From positions 1,752-65,751 of the forward strand of contig CAZYOL010000001.1 of the NCBI GenBank assembly GCA_964649065.1: a DNA stretch of 64,000 nucleotides, given 5' to 3'. Below are positions 18,354-27,834 of the stretch, in pieces; position 1 is the first letter of the stretch; each line of letters starts with the position of its first letter. The translations under genes were made by a program, and so were the position numbers. The DNA comes from an uncultured Spirochaetales bacterium. GTDB lineage: Bacteria; Myxococcota_A; UBA9160; SMWR01. The notes below the pieces were generated by a model. The model searched no databases, was not told the origin of the DNA, and was given only the letters and a program-made list of their open reading frames with translations.

Positions 18354-20246
18354 GTGTCGGCTGCCAGCCCTGCTGATCGCATCGCCGCCGCTCGCCTCGG
18401 TGCAATTCGGCTCGCCGCAGGCCGCCTCGCCGCCCCGCTGTGGGGGCTGGCCGTGCTCGGGGCGGTCGCAGCGGCCTGGGCCTGGAACCTCACCCAGGTT
18501 CCGATGCTCGCCAACGACGATGCCTTCGTCTTCGTGCGCTACGCGCGCCACTGGGTCGAGCACGGCTGTCTCGAGTGGAACGCCTGTGAGCGGGGGACCG
18601 ACGGCTACACCAGCCTGCTGCACCTGCTGCTGCTGAGCGGCGCCCACGGCCTGCTGCGGGGCGACCCGGTGTCGGCGGCCTGGTGGGTCTGCCTGGGCGC
18701 ATCGACGCTCTCGCTGGCCGGAATGCCGGCGCTGCCGGCGCTCTGGGCGCGGCGCCGCGGGCAGCCCTGGCCCGCGGCGCTGCTGGCCGGGGCCCTGGCC
18801 TCGCTGCCCGTCGCCGCGCTCTCTCCGCGCTTCGCCTACTGGACCCACTCGCTGATGGACGCGGCCACGCTCCCCCTCTCGCTGCTGGGCGCGAGCCTCG
18901 CCTCGGCGACGCTCTGCTGCGCGCGCGAGGGACGCCTGCGCTTCGCCTGGGCCGGGGTCGCCCTCGGCCTCTTCGCCTGGGCCCGTCCCGAGGCGCTGCT
19001 GGTCGGCTGGGTGATCCTGGGCCTGGCGGCGCTGCGCCTGGCGCCCGACCCGCTGCGGCGTCGGACGGGGCTGGCGCCGGCCACGGGCGTGGCCCGCCCG
19101 CTCGCCGCCGGTCTGCTGATCGCCGGCCTGCTCTCGGGGGGCTACTTCGGCTGGCACCTCCTCCGCTACGGCCATGCCTTTCCGAACCCGGTCTACGTCA
19201 AGACGTCGGGGCCCGGCCCGGAGAAGGCGATCGAGGGGCTCGCCTACCTGCTTCGGGGCCCGGGGAGCGGAAACCTGCCCACCGGTCTGGTGCGCCCCGA
19301 CGGTCGCCGCGTCACCGCCGGGCCGGTGCACGCGACGCTGAGCCCCGAGCGCCCTGCCGCGATCCATCTCGCGCTCCTCGCCCTCTGGCCCCTCGGCTGG
19401 GCCGCGACCGGGCTGCGCGGCTTCTGGGCAGAGCCCGCCGCCGCGGCCCGGCTGCGCGCCTTCCTGCTGCCCTCGACCGGCATGCTGGGCCTGCTCGTGC
19501 TCGCGGGGGGCGACTCCTTCTACGCAGGCTGGCGTATGCCGACCCCCCTGCTGCCGGCGCTGCTGCTGGCGCCGGCCCTGGCGCTACCCGCACTGCGGCG
19601 TCCGGCGCGACTCGCCGTCTGGGCGCTGCTGCTGCTCCTGGCGCTCCCCGGCCTGGCGGCGCTGCCCCGACGGCCCTCCCTGTGCCGCGCCAGCGGCGCG
19701 GCCTGCGGTCTGGAGGCGCTGGCGAGCTGGCCGACCACGCTGGAGAGCTACGCCTGGGACCACACCCACGCCCACCAGGACGTCCAGGTGGCGCGGGCCC
19801 TGGCGGCGACCTTTCCGCCCGACACGCTCGTCGGTCAGTCCGACTTCCTGCGCATCGGAGCCCACCTCGAGAATCCGATCCTCGACCTCTCGGGGCTGGT
19901 CAACGCGGAGCTGGCCCACGCCCCCCACCCTCCCAAGGTCAGCCTCTTCCAGCTCGACCTCGTCTGGCGCACCCAGCCCGAGCTCTTCTTCCTCTGGTGG
20001 GGCTTCGTCTCGGAGCGCAGCCTGGCAGAGACCGGCCTGGCCGAGGAAGGCCGTCACCAGGTGCTGCGGCCCGCCGAGCGCCGCTACACCCCGACGCTGC
20101 GCCGGCGCCTGCGACGGCTGTCGCGCGACTACCTCGGCGCCTCCGTGCGCCTGGAAGACGGGCGCTTCTTCAACTTCCTGGTCCACCGCGCCGCCGTCGC
20201 CAAGATGCGGACGCGCGAGCTGGTGTCGGTCGAGGCGGTGCGGTGA
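18354..20246 (+). CDS. polytopic membrane protein, GT-C-like (NDDAFVFVRYARH loop motif)
   Basis: GTG at 18354, in frame in ORF 18174..20246. More than 10 hydrophobic helices, with an acidic DD motif after TM1. The start is uncertain. Confidence 0.65.
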   Translation: MSAASPADRIAAARLGAIRLAAGRLAAPLWGLAVLGAVAAAWAWNLTQVPMLANDDAFVFVRYARHWVEHGCLEWNACERGTDGYTSLLHLLLLSGAHGLLRGDPVSAAWWVCLGASTLSLAGMPALPALWARRRGQPWPAALLAGALASLPVAALSPRFAYWTHSLMDAATLPLSLLGASLASATLCCAREGRLRFAWAGVALGLFAWARPEALLVGWVILGLAALRLAPDPLRRRTGLAPATGVARPLAAGLLIAGLLSGGYFGWHLLRYGHAFPNPVYVKTSGPGPEKAIEGLAYLLRGPGSGNLPTGLVRPDGRRVTAGPVHATLSPERPAAIHLALLALWPLGWAATGLRGFWAEPAAAARLRAFLLPSTGMLGLLVLAGGDSFYAGWRMPTPLLPALLLAPALALPALRRPARLAVWALLLLLALPGLAALPRRPSLCRASGAACGLEALASWPTTLESYAWDHTHAHQDVQVARALAATFPPDTLVGQSDFLRIGAHLENPILDLSGLVNAELAHAPHPPKVSLFQLDLVWRTQPELFFLWWGFVSERSLAETGLAEEGRHQVLRPAERRYTPTLRRRLRRLSRDYLGASVRLEDGRFFNFLVHRAAVAKMRTRELVSVEAVR

Positions 20247-21781
20247 GCCGCCCCGCTCCGCTCGCGGTCTTCGCGGTCGCCTGCCTGGTCTTCGCCCCCT
20301 CGGCGACCGGCGGCTTCGCCCACGACGACACGCCCCTGCTGCTGAAGAACCCCTATCTCCACGACCTCGCGAACCTGCCGCGCTTCTTCGGCCAGGACTA
20401 CTGGGCCCCCACCCTGGTCTCGGGCCTCTACCGGCCCCTGGTCACCCTCTCGTACGCCCTGGGCGTCGCCGCCGGGGGCCTCGATCCGCTGGGCTTCCAC
20501 CTGGTGAACATCCTGCTCCACGGGGCCGTGAGCGCGCTGGTCTTCGCGCTCTTCCGCAGGCTCTGCGGGCGGCTCGACCTGGCGCTCGCCGGGGCGCTGC
20601 TCTTCGCGACCCACGCCGTCCACAGCGAGGTCGTGGCCAACGTCTCCGCGGGCCGGCCCGAGCTGCTCTCCGCGCTGCTGCTGCTGCTCTCGCTGCGCGC
20701 TCACCTGGCTGCCGACCGGCGACCTGCTGCCGGGGCGCGGGGCCTGCGCCTCGTCGCCGCGGCGGCCTTCGGCCTGGCTCTCCTCTGCAAGGAGAGCGCG
20801 GTGGCCTGGCTGGGGGTCGTGCTGCTGACCGACTGGCTCTACGGCGACAGCGAGGAGCGGCCCGGCCCGTCTCGCCTCGCCTCGCTGCTGCGGGCCCGCC
20901 TGCTGCCGGTCTACGCGCCCTACGCGGTGGCGCTGCTGGCCGTGGCCGGCCTGCGCCTGCTGGCGCTGGGGGTCGAGCAGACGCTGCCGCCGCCCCGGGT
21001 GCTGGACAATCCGCTGGTCGAGCTCTCCGCGCCCTGGCGCTGGGCCAGCGCCGCCTGGGTCGGCCTCCACCACGCGCGCCTGCTCGTCTTCCCGCTGCAC
21101 CTCTCCTACGACTACTCCTACGCGCAGATCCCGCCCGTCACCTCGGTCCGGGACCCCCGCCTGTGGGCTGCGCTCGCCGCGGTCCCGACCCTGCTCGCGC
21201 TGGCAGCGCTGGCCTGGCGCCGCTCGCGGGAGGTCTTCTACGGCCTGGGCTTCGCGATCGTCATGCTGTCGGTGGTGTCGAACCTGGTGCTGCCGATCGG
21301 GACGATCCTGGGGGAGCGCCTGCTCTACGTGCCCTCGATCGGCTTCTGCCTGGCGGCGGTCGCCGGCCTGCGCCGGCTGGTGCCCGGGAAGGGCTTCGCG
21401 CTCTGCGTCGGTCTGCTGGTGCTCCTGCACGGGGCCCGCACGCTGGAGCGGATACCCGATTGGCGCAGCGAGGACGCGATCTGGCTGCACGACGCCCGGG
21501 TCAGCCCGCGCAGTGCCCGGGCCCGCTCGAACGCCGGCGCCGTCCACCAGCGCCGCGGCCGCTGCCCCGAGGCCCTGGTCGAGTTCGACGCCGCGATCGC
21601 CGTGGGGCTGCCGCCCGAGCTCTTCGTGGCCCCCTACCAGGGGCGCGTCCTCTGCCTGGTGGAGCTCTCGCGTTTCCGGGAGGCCGCTCGGCTCTACGAG
21701 CGGATCCGGACCCTCGGTCCCCCGAATCCGGAGGTCGAGCGCCGCATCCGCCAGGGCCTGCGCAGCCGCCCGGGAGGCTGA
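20243..21781 (+). CDS. TMTC/PMT-like GT-C membrane protein with short C-terminal TPR-like region (paralogue of 2696..4387)
   Basis: GTG at 20243 forms a GTGA overlap with the upstream gene. GGFAHDDTPLLLKNPYL, GFHLVNILLHGAVSALVFALF, THAVHSEVVANVSAGRPELLSALL. C-terminal helical repeats RSNAGAVHQRRGRCPEALVEFDAAI. Confidence 0.8.
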   Translation: MSRPAPLAVFAVACLVFAPSATGGFAHDDTPLLLKNPYLHDLANLPRFFGQDYWAPTLVSGLYRPLVTLSYALGVAAGGLDPLGFHLVNILLHGAVSALVFALFRRLCGRLDLALAGALLFATHAVHSEVVANVSAGRPELLSALLLLLSLRAHLAADRRPAAGARGLRLVAAAAFGLALLCKESAVAWLGVVLLTDWLYGDSEERPGPSRLASLLRARLLPVYAPYAVALLAVAGLRLLALGVEQTLPPPRVLDNPLVELSAPWRWASAAWVGLHHARLLVFPLHLSYDYSYAQIPPVTSVRDPRLWAALAAVPTLLALAALAWRRSREVFYGLGFAIVMLSVVSNLVLPIGTILGERLLYVPSIGFCLAAVAGLRRLVPGKGFALCVGLLVLLHGARTLERIPDWRSEDAIWLHDARVSPRSARARSNAGAVHQRRGRCPEALVEFDAAIAVGLPPELFVAPYQGRVLCLVELSRFREAARLYERIRTLGPPNPEVERRIRQGLRSRPGG

Positions 21782-21804
21782 GGAGCGCCGGGGGCTCCGC
21801 TCTC

Positions 21805-21830
21805 GGGGCGGCGCGCCGACGCGCCGCTCC
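21805..21830 (+). terminator. GC-rich hairpin, possible U-tract-less terminator
   Basis: GGGGCGGCGCG-ccga-CGCGCCGCTCC gives an 11-bp stem (one G-T pair) with a tetraloop, 24 nt after the stop at 21781. No T-run follows it. Confidence 0.3.
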
Positions 21831-21909
21831 GGGCGGACTACACTCGGGATCCGATGGTGGGCGAGCCCTGGACGCAAGCCGTCCGGCGGGTCGAGCGGGT
21901 TCGAAACGC

Positions 21910-23358
21910 GTGAAGCGCGTACCGCGAGTCTCCGCATTCAAGACGGCGGAGCGGCTGCGCGCGCATCTCGCCGAGCTCGGCTGCGAGCTGCCCTGCGACG
22001 ATCGGCCGCAGGCGGCGCCCGAGTCGCCGCTGGCTGCCCCGCTCGAGCTGGGCGGCGGGCTGCGGGCTCCCAACCGCTTCGTCGTGCAGCCCATGGAGGG
22101 CTGGGACGGCACGCCCGACGGCGCGCCGACGTCCCTCACCGTCCGCCGCTGGCGACGTTTCGGGGCGTCGGGAGCGGGCTGGGTCTGGGGCGGCGAGGCC
22201 GTGGCGGTTCGACCCGACGGACGCGCCAACCCGCATCAGCTCTGCCTCGACGCGGCGACCGCCCCGGCCCTGGGCGCCCTGCGCCGCGAGCTGCTGGCGG
22301 CGGCGGCCGAGGCGGGCCACCCGCCGCCGGTGGTGGGCCTGCAGCTGACTCACAGCGGGCGCTGGTCGCGGCCGACGGCGTCGGGGCCCGCGCCGCGCAC
22401 GGCCTTTCGGCACCCGCTGCTCGACCGCCGGGTCGGGGCGGGCGCCGAGGCCGTGATGAGCGACGAGGAGCTGCGGAAGCTGGTCCCCCGCTTCGCGGAG
22501 GCGGCCCGGCTGGCCCGCGAGGAGGGCTTCGACTTCGTCGACGTGAAGCACTGCAACGGCTACCTGCTCCACGAGCTGCTGGCCGCCCGCCCGCGCCCGG
22601 GTCGCTTCGGCGGCCCCGGTCTCCGGGAGCGCACGCGACTGGGGCTCGAGATCGTCGGGGCGGTGCGCGACGCGGCACCCGGGCTCCCGGTGGGCGTGCG
22701 GCTGTCGGTCTTCGACGCCGTGCCCCATCGGCCGGGGGCGGCTGCGGCGGTCGGCGAGCCCGAGCCCCACCCGCAGCCCTACGAGCTGGGCTTCGGGCTC
22801 CGGGCCGAGGCCCCGGAGCAGCCCGACCCGAGCGAGCCGATCGCCTTCGTGCGCGCGCTGCTCGAGGCCGGCGTCCACTGGATCAACGCCACGGCCGGGA
22901 GCCCCTACTACGTCCCGCACATCCAGCGTCCGGCGGCCTTCCCGCCGAGCGACGGCTACGCGCCGCCGGAGGATCCGCTGGTCGGCGTGGCGCGCCTGCT
23001 GCGATCGGCGCGAGACCTGAAGCGAGCGCTGCCGGAGGTCGTCGTGGTGGCCTCGGGCACGAGCTACCTGCAGGACTTCCTGCCGCAGGTCGGCCAGGCC
23101 TGCGTACGCGAGGGCTGGTTCGACGCCGTGGGACTGGGCCGCATGATGCTGAGCTATCCGGAGCTTCCGGCGGACCTCCTCGCGGGTCGGCCGCTCGACC
23201 GACGCCGCATCTGCCGCACCTTCAGCGACTGCACGACGGCCCCGCGCAACGGCATGGTCTCCGGCTGCTATCCCCTCGACGCCTTCTACCGGGAGCGTCC
23301 CGAGCACGAGCGCCTGGAGCAGCTGAAGCGCGACGCCGCGGGGGCCACGACGCGGTGA
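21910..23358 (+). CDS. Old Yellow Enzyme family NADH:flavin oxidoreductase
   Basis: GTG at 21910 (start uncertain). NRFVVQPMEGWDG, GAGWVWGGEAVAV, VVGLQLTHSGRWS, FDFVDVKHCNGYLLHELL. These are OYE/TIM-barrel flavoenzyme blocks. Confidence 0.85.
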   Translation: MKRVPRVSAFKTAERLRAHLAELGCELPCDDRPQAAPESPLAAPLELGGGLRAPNRFVVQPMEGWDGTPDGAPTSLTVRRWRRFGASGAGWVWGGEAVAVRPDGRANPHQLCLDAATAPALGALRRELLAAAAEAGHPPPVVGLQLTHSGRWSRPTASGPAPRTAFRHPLLDRRVGAGAEAVMSDEELRKLVPRFAEAARLAREEGFDFVDVKHCNGYLLHELLAARPRPGRFGGPGLRERTRLGLEIVGAVRDAAPGLPVGVRLSVFDAVPHRPGAAAAVGEPEPHPQPYELGFGLRAEAPEQPDPSEPIAFVRALLEAGVHWINATAGSPYYVPHIQRPAAFPPSDGYAPPEDPLVGVARLLRSARDLKRALPEVVVVASGTSYLQDFLPQVGQACVREGWFDAVGLGRMMLSYPELPADLLAGRPLDRRRICRTFSDCTTAPRNGMVSGCYPLDAFYRERPEHERLEQLKRDAAGATTR

Positions 23359-24317
23359 GCGGGCCGCCCACGCCGCTGGACCGCGCCTTCGGCCGGCTCG
23401 CCGCCGGACGCCGTCCCCACGGCATCTCGGCCACGCTGCTTCCCTACACGCGCGAGGGTCGGATCGACTGGACCGGCTTCGAGCGCCACCTGGATCGGAC
23501 CCGCGCCGCCGGCCTGGACGTGGCCGTCAACATGGACACCGGCTTCGGCGACCTGCTGGGCCCCGCCGAGCGCGAGCGCGTGCTCGATGCGGCGCGCGGG
23601 GTGCTGGGCCCCGGCGTCTGCTTCTACGCCGGGGCCTTTGCCGGCGCCGGGAGCGACCCGCTTCCCGGCTACCACGACGCGATCGCCGCCATCGAGCGGC
23701 GCGGCGGCATCCCGGTGATCGTGCAGTGCCCGGCCATGCACCGGCTCGACGCCGCCGAGAAGGCGGCCCTCTACGCGGCCATCGTGAAGCCCGCTGCCGC
23801 CGCCCTGGCTTTCGAGCTCGGGCCCGTCTTCGCTCCGCACGGCGAGATCTGGAGTGACGAGGCCTTCGCGCGCATCCTGGAGATCCCCCAGCTCCTGGGC
23901 GCCAAGCACTCTTCGCTGGACCGGGAGACCGAGCTGAGGCGCCTGGATCTGCGGGAGCGCGCCCGGCCCGGCTTTCGCGTCTACACGGGCAACGACCTGG
24001 CCATCGACCTGGTGGCCTACGGCAGCGACTATCTGCTCGGCCTCTCGACCTTCGCTCCCGAGGCCTTTGCCGCCCGGGACCGCGCACTCGCCGAGGGCGA
24101 CGCCTCCTTCCTGGTGCGCAACGACGCCCTCCAGCACCTCGGCAACGTGGCCTTCCGGGCTCCGGTGCCGGCCTACAAGCACTCGGCGGCGATCTACCTG
24201 CACGCCACCCACGGCCTCGACGCCCCGGAGATCCACCCGGCGGCGCCGCGGCGCCCGGACTCGGAGGGCGAGATCCTCGCCGACTGCGCCCGTCGCATCG
24301 GGGCGCTCGGCTCGTGA
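23355..24317 (+). CDS. DapA/N-acetylneuraminate-lyase superfamily (class I aldolase-like) protein
   Basis: GTG at 23355 (GTGA overlap). SATLLPYTREGRIDWTGFERHLDRTRAAGLDVAVNMDTGFGDLLGPAERERVL parallels the DapA N-terminal barrel. The candidate Schiff-base Lys is in LLGAKHSSLD. Confidence 0.75.
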   Translation: MSGPPTPLDRAFGRLAAGRRPHGISATLLPYTREGRIDWTGFERHLDRTRAAGLDVAVNMDTGFGDLLGPAERERVLDAARGVLGPGVCFYAGAFAGAGSDPLPGYHDAIAAIERRGGIPVIVQCPAMHRLDAAEKAALYAAIVKPAAAALAFELGPVFAPHGEIWSDEAFARILEIPQLLGAKHSSLDRETELRRLDLRERARPGFRVYTGNDLAIDLVAYGSDYLLGLSTFAPEAFAARDRALAEGDASFLVRNDALQHLGNVAFRAPVPAYKHSAAIYLHATHGLDAPEIHPAAPRRPDSEGEILADCARRIGALGS

Positions 24318-26323
24318 TCCAGGCGGGGGTCCTGGCTCCCACGCGCCCGGCGCCGCCCGGCTACCCGAGCTCCGCGCCCGGCGACCCGCACGTGTCGCGG
24401 CCGCAGCCCGGCGACTTCGCGGCGCGCCGGGAGGCCTACCTCCGGCACGTCCGGAGCACTCCGGCCCCGACCAGCCTGGCCGGCATCTTCCACGAGGTGG
24501 CCCGGATCCGGGCCGGCGGCGAGCCGCACCTCGGGATCGTGGAGGCGGCCCTCGACTACGTCGAGTCGCGGACCGACTGCGCCGACTTCGTGCTGCACGC
24601 GATCCTGCGCCTGCTCTACCAGTTCGGCGCCCACCCGGCCTTCCCGGAAGACCTGCGCGAGCGCGCGCGGGCGGTCGCGCTCGGCTTCAAGTACTGGCCC
24701 GACGAGCCCGGTCGCGACTCGCTCTGCAGCTGGACCGAGAATCACCAGCTGCTCTTCGCGAGCGCCGCACTGCTCGCGGGCCAGCTCTACCCGGAGGAGA
24801 AGTTCGAGAACAGCGGGCAGAGCGGCCGCGAGAAGCAGCGCAGCGCACGCCAGCGGCTGTGGCGCTGGCTCGACCTGCGTTTCCGCACCGGCTTCTCCGA
24901 GTGGCTCTCCAACGTCTACTACGACGAGGACGCGACGGGCCTGCTCTCCCTGGTCGACTTCGCCGAAGACGACCAGCTGCGCCTGCGCGCCGCGATGGTA
25001 CTGGATTGGCTCTTCCTCGACCTGGCCCAGCACTCCTTCCGGGGCCTCTTCGCCTGCAGTCACGGCCGCTCCTACGAGCGGAGCCTCAAGTGGGCGGCGC
25101 AGGAGAGCACGACCGACCTCGCGAAGCTGGCCTTCGGCCTGGGCCGGCTGGCCTCCCGGGAGTGTCTCAGCGTGGCCTGCCTCGCGCTCTCCGATCGCTA
25201 CCGGGTGCCGGAGGCCATCGAGCAGGTGGCGCGTGACGTCGACCGCGAGCGCGTCGAGATCCGTCAACGCATGGGCATTCGCGTGGAGGAGTGCGAGCGC
25301 TGGGGCATCGGCCTCGACGACCCGGAGGACGGGATGCTGCTGCTCCAGATGGAGGCCTACACGCATCCGCGGAGCATCGAGCTCTTCGTGGAGATGCTGG
25401 GGGCCTACGACTGGTGGGACAACGACTTCTTCGCTCCCTTCCGGGCTCGGCGCCGCGGCCTCGAGTGGCTGGCCCGCGCCCGCGCCCTGCCGGCCCTGGC
25501 GAGCTGGCTGGAGGGCGACCTCACCCGGAACCTGCGCCCCGAGGTGAACGTGCTGACGGTCCGCACGCCGGACTACCAGCTCTCCTCGGCCCAGGACTGG
25601 AGGGCGGGCTACGGAGGCGACCAGCAGCACCCGTGGCAGGCGACCCTGGGGCCCGACGCCGTCTGCTTCACGACCCACCCCGGCCCGCGCCAGCGCCGTT
25701 CGCCGGGACACTGGACCGGGTCGGCCTGCCTGCCGCGGGTCGCGCAGGTCGGCAACGTGGTCCTGGCGGTCTACCAGATCGACACGCTCCCGGCCCTCTT
25801 CCTGCCGAATCACAACCTCTACACCCACGCCTGGCTGCCCCGCGACCGCTTCGACGAGGTGGTCGAGTCGGGCCACTGGGTCTTCGCCCGGCTGGGCGAC
25901 GGCTACCTGGCCCTCTACTCCCGGCAGCCCACGCGCTGGCAGCAGCGGCCCGGCGAGGACCAGGGACGCGAGCTGATTGCCGAGGGCCGCGCGAATGCGT
26001 GGATCTGCGAGCTGGGCCGGCGCGCCGACGACGGGGATTTCGAGGGCTTCTGCGAGCGCATCCGGTCGGCGACCCTGCAGCACGAGGACGGGCAGCTCGC
26101 CTACCACTCGCCCTCCCAGGGCCTGCTCGAGTTCGGCTGGCTGGGGCCCCTGCGGCGCGATCGCGAGGTGGTGGCCCTGGGGCCCTACGGGCGCAGCGAG
26201 GGTCCCTACGCGCGGGCCGCCTTCCCGGCCGACACGCTCGAGGTTCGCTGCCGCGGCCGCAAGCTCCACCTCGACTGGCAGCGCGGCCTGCGAGAGGAGT
26301 CGATCGAGGGCCAGGACGCGTAG
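24314..26323 (+). CDS. large cytoplasmic protein, tentatively polysaccharide-lyase-like (heparinase II/III-type alpha-toroid + beta-sandwich)
   Basis: GTG at 24314 (GTGA overlap). It is clearly coding, with normal composition over 669 aa. SWTENHQLLFASAALLAGQLYPEE and WLSNVYYDEDATG resemble the N-terminal toroid of heparinase II/III-like proteins. The functional call is weak and there is no signal peptide. Confidence 0.55.
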   Translation: MIQAGVLAPTRPAPPGYPSSAPGDPHVSRPQPGDFAARREAYLRHVRSTPAPTSLAGIFHEVARIRAGGEPHLGIVEAALDYVESRTDCADFVLHAILRLLYQFGAHPAFPEDLRERARAVALGFKYWPDEPGRDSLCSWTENHQLLFASAALLAGQLYPEEKFENSGQSGREKQRSARQRLWRWLDLRFRTGFSEWLSNVYYDEDATGLLSLVDFAEDDQLRLRAAMVLDWLFLDLAQHSFRGLFACSHGRSYERSLKWAAQESTTDLAKLAFGLGRLASRECLSVACLALSDRYRVPEAIEQVARDVDRERVEIRQRMGIRVEECERWGIGLDDPEDGMLLLQMEAYTHPRSIELFVEMLGAYDWWDNDFFAPFRARRRGLEWLARARALPALASWLEGDLTRNLRPEVNVLTVRTPDYQLSSAQDWRAGYGGDQQHPWQATLGPDAVCFTTHPGPRQRRSPGHWTGSACLPRVAQVGNVVLAVYQIDTLPALFLPNHNLYTHAWLPRDRFDEVVESGHWVFARLGDGYLALYSRQPTRWQQRPGEDQGRELIAEGRANAWICELGRRADDGDFEGFCERIRSATLQHEDGQLAYHSPSQGLLEFGWLGPLRRDREVVALGPYGRSEGPYARAAFPADTLEVRCRGRKLHLDWQRGLREESIEGQDA

Positions 26324-26355
26324 GCCCTCCCCCGGCTCCCGGGCGGCCTCCCCGC

Positions 26356-27801
26356 CTAGCCCGCCGCCTCGGCCAGCAGGCGCTCGGCCTCGAGGGCCGC
26401 GGCCAGCAACCGCTCGTCCTCGAAGGGCGGGGCGGCGAGCTGCAGCCCCACCGGCAGGCCCGCCTCCGTGGCGCCGCAGGGCAGCGAGAGGGCCGGGGAG
26501 CCGGTGAGATTCGCGAGCACCGTATAGACGTCGCCCAGGTACTGCATCATGAAGTCCTGCTCGCTGGCGCCGAGCTCGTAGGCGACGGTCGGGGCGACCG
26601 GGAAGGCCAGCACGTCGCAGTGCTCGAAGGCGGCGGCGAGCTCGCGGGCCAGCAGCGTGCGGGCTCGACAGGCCTTGGCGTAGAAGGCGTCGTAGTAGCC
26701 CGCCGACAGCACGTAGGTGCCCAGGACGATGCGCCGCTTCACCTCGTCGCCGAAGCCCTGCGAGCGCGTCTGACAGATCATCTCGCGCGCCGTCTTGCAG
26801 CCCTCGGCGCGGAAGCCGTACCGGACGCCGTCGAAGCGGGCCAGGTTCGAGCTGGCCTCGGCGCAGACGATCAGGTAGTAGGCCGCGATCGCCTGGCGGG
26901 TGGTCGGAATCGAGACCTCCACCCGCTCGTGTCCCGCCGCCTCGAGCAGCGCGATGGCCCGCTCGACCCGCTCCTGCACCTCCCGGGCCAGGGGCTCGCG
27001 GAAGTACTCGACCGGAACGCCGATCCGCAGCGGCGGCTCCGCGGGCTCGCGCACCTCCGGCAGGGCCGGCCGGGGCGCCGAGGTCGAGTCCATGGGGTCG
27101 TGGCCGGAGATCACGGAGAGCAGCAGCGAGGCGCTGCGCACGTCGGTCGCCAGCGGACCGATCTGGTCGAAGGAGCTGGCGTAGGCCACCAGGCCGTAGC
27201 GCGAGACGCGCCCGTAGGTCGGCTTCATGCCCACCACGCCGCAGAAGCTGGCGGGCTGGCGAATCGAGCCGCCGGTGTCCGAGCCCAGCGCCAGCAGCGC
27301 CTCGGCGGCGGCCACCGAGGCGGCTGCGCCGCCACTGCTGCCGCCCGGCACGCGGCTGGGGTCATGCGGGTGGGTCGTGCGTCCCAGCGCCGAGCGCTCC
27401 GTCGAGGCGCCCATGGCGAACTCGTCCAGGTTGGTCTTGCCGATCAGCAGTGCGTCGGCCGCGCGCAGGCGCTCCACCACCGTCGCGTCGTAGGGAGGCA
27501 CGTAGCTCTCGAGCATTCGCGAGGCGCAGGTCGTGCGCAGCCCGGCGGTGGAGAGGTTGTCCTTGAGCGAGACGGGCAGCCCGGCCAGGGGGCCCACGGG
27601 CTCGCCGGCGGCGAGGCGCCGATCGATGGCGGCGGCCTCTTCGAGCACGACCTCGCGCTCGCGCAGGGTGAGGTAGGCGCCGAGCTGGGCCTCGCGCGCG
27701 TCGATGCGCTCCCAGATCGCCTGCGTCAGCTCGGTCGCGCGAATCTCTCCGGCGAGCAGGCGATCGCGCAGTGTCCAGGCCGGCTGTTCGAGGAGCGACA
27801 C
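26356..27801 (-). CDS. gatA: Asp-tRNA(Asn)/Glu-tRNA(Gln) amidotransferase subunit A
   Basis: Amidase signature GGSSGGAAASVAAAEALLALGSDTGGSIRQPASFCGVVGMKPTYGRVSRYG, plus LKDNLSTAGLRTTCASRMLESYVPPYDATVV. Confidence 0.93.
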   Translation of the reverse strand: MSLLEQPAWTLRDRLLAGEIRATELTQAIWERIDAREAQLGAYLTLREREVVLEEAAAIDRRLAAGEPVGPLAGLPVSLKDNLSTAGLRTTCASRMLESYVPPYDATVVERLRAADALLIGKTNLDEFAMGASTERSALGRTTHPHDPSRVPGGSSGGAAASVAAAEALLALGSDTGGSIRQPASFCGVVGMKPTYGRVSRYGLVAYASSFDQIGPLATDVRSASLLLSVISGHDPMDSTSAPRPALPEVREPAEPPLRIGVPVEYFREPLAREVQERVERAIALLEAAGHERVEVSIPTTRQAIAAYYLIVCAEASSNLARFDGVRYGFRAEGCKTAREMICQTRSQGFGDEVKRRIVLGTYVLSAGYYDAFYAKACRARTLLARELAAAFEHCDVLAFPVAPTVAYELGASEQDFMMQYLGDVYTVLANLTGSPALSLPCGATEAGLPVGLQLAAPPFEDERLLAAALEAERLLAEAAG

Positions 27802-27834
27802 GGAGCCTCCGGGCTCCGCAGCATAGCCGGGATC

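Noticed and set aside
21885-21909. GGTTCGAAA, a tRNA T-loop-like string in the spacer before the OYE gene
   Set aside because: There is no matching acceptor stem, D-arm or anticodon arm in the surrounding 128 nt. I found no credible tRNA anywhere in the short intergenic regions of the window.
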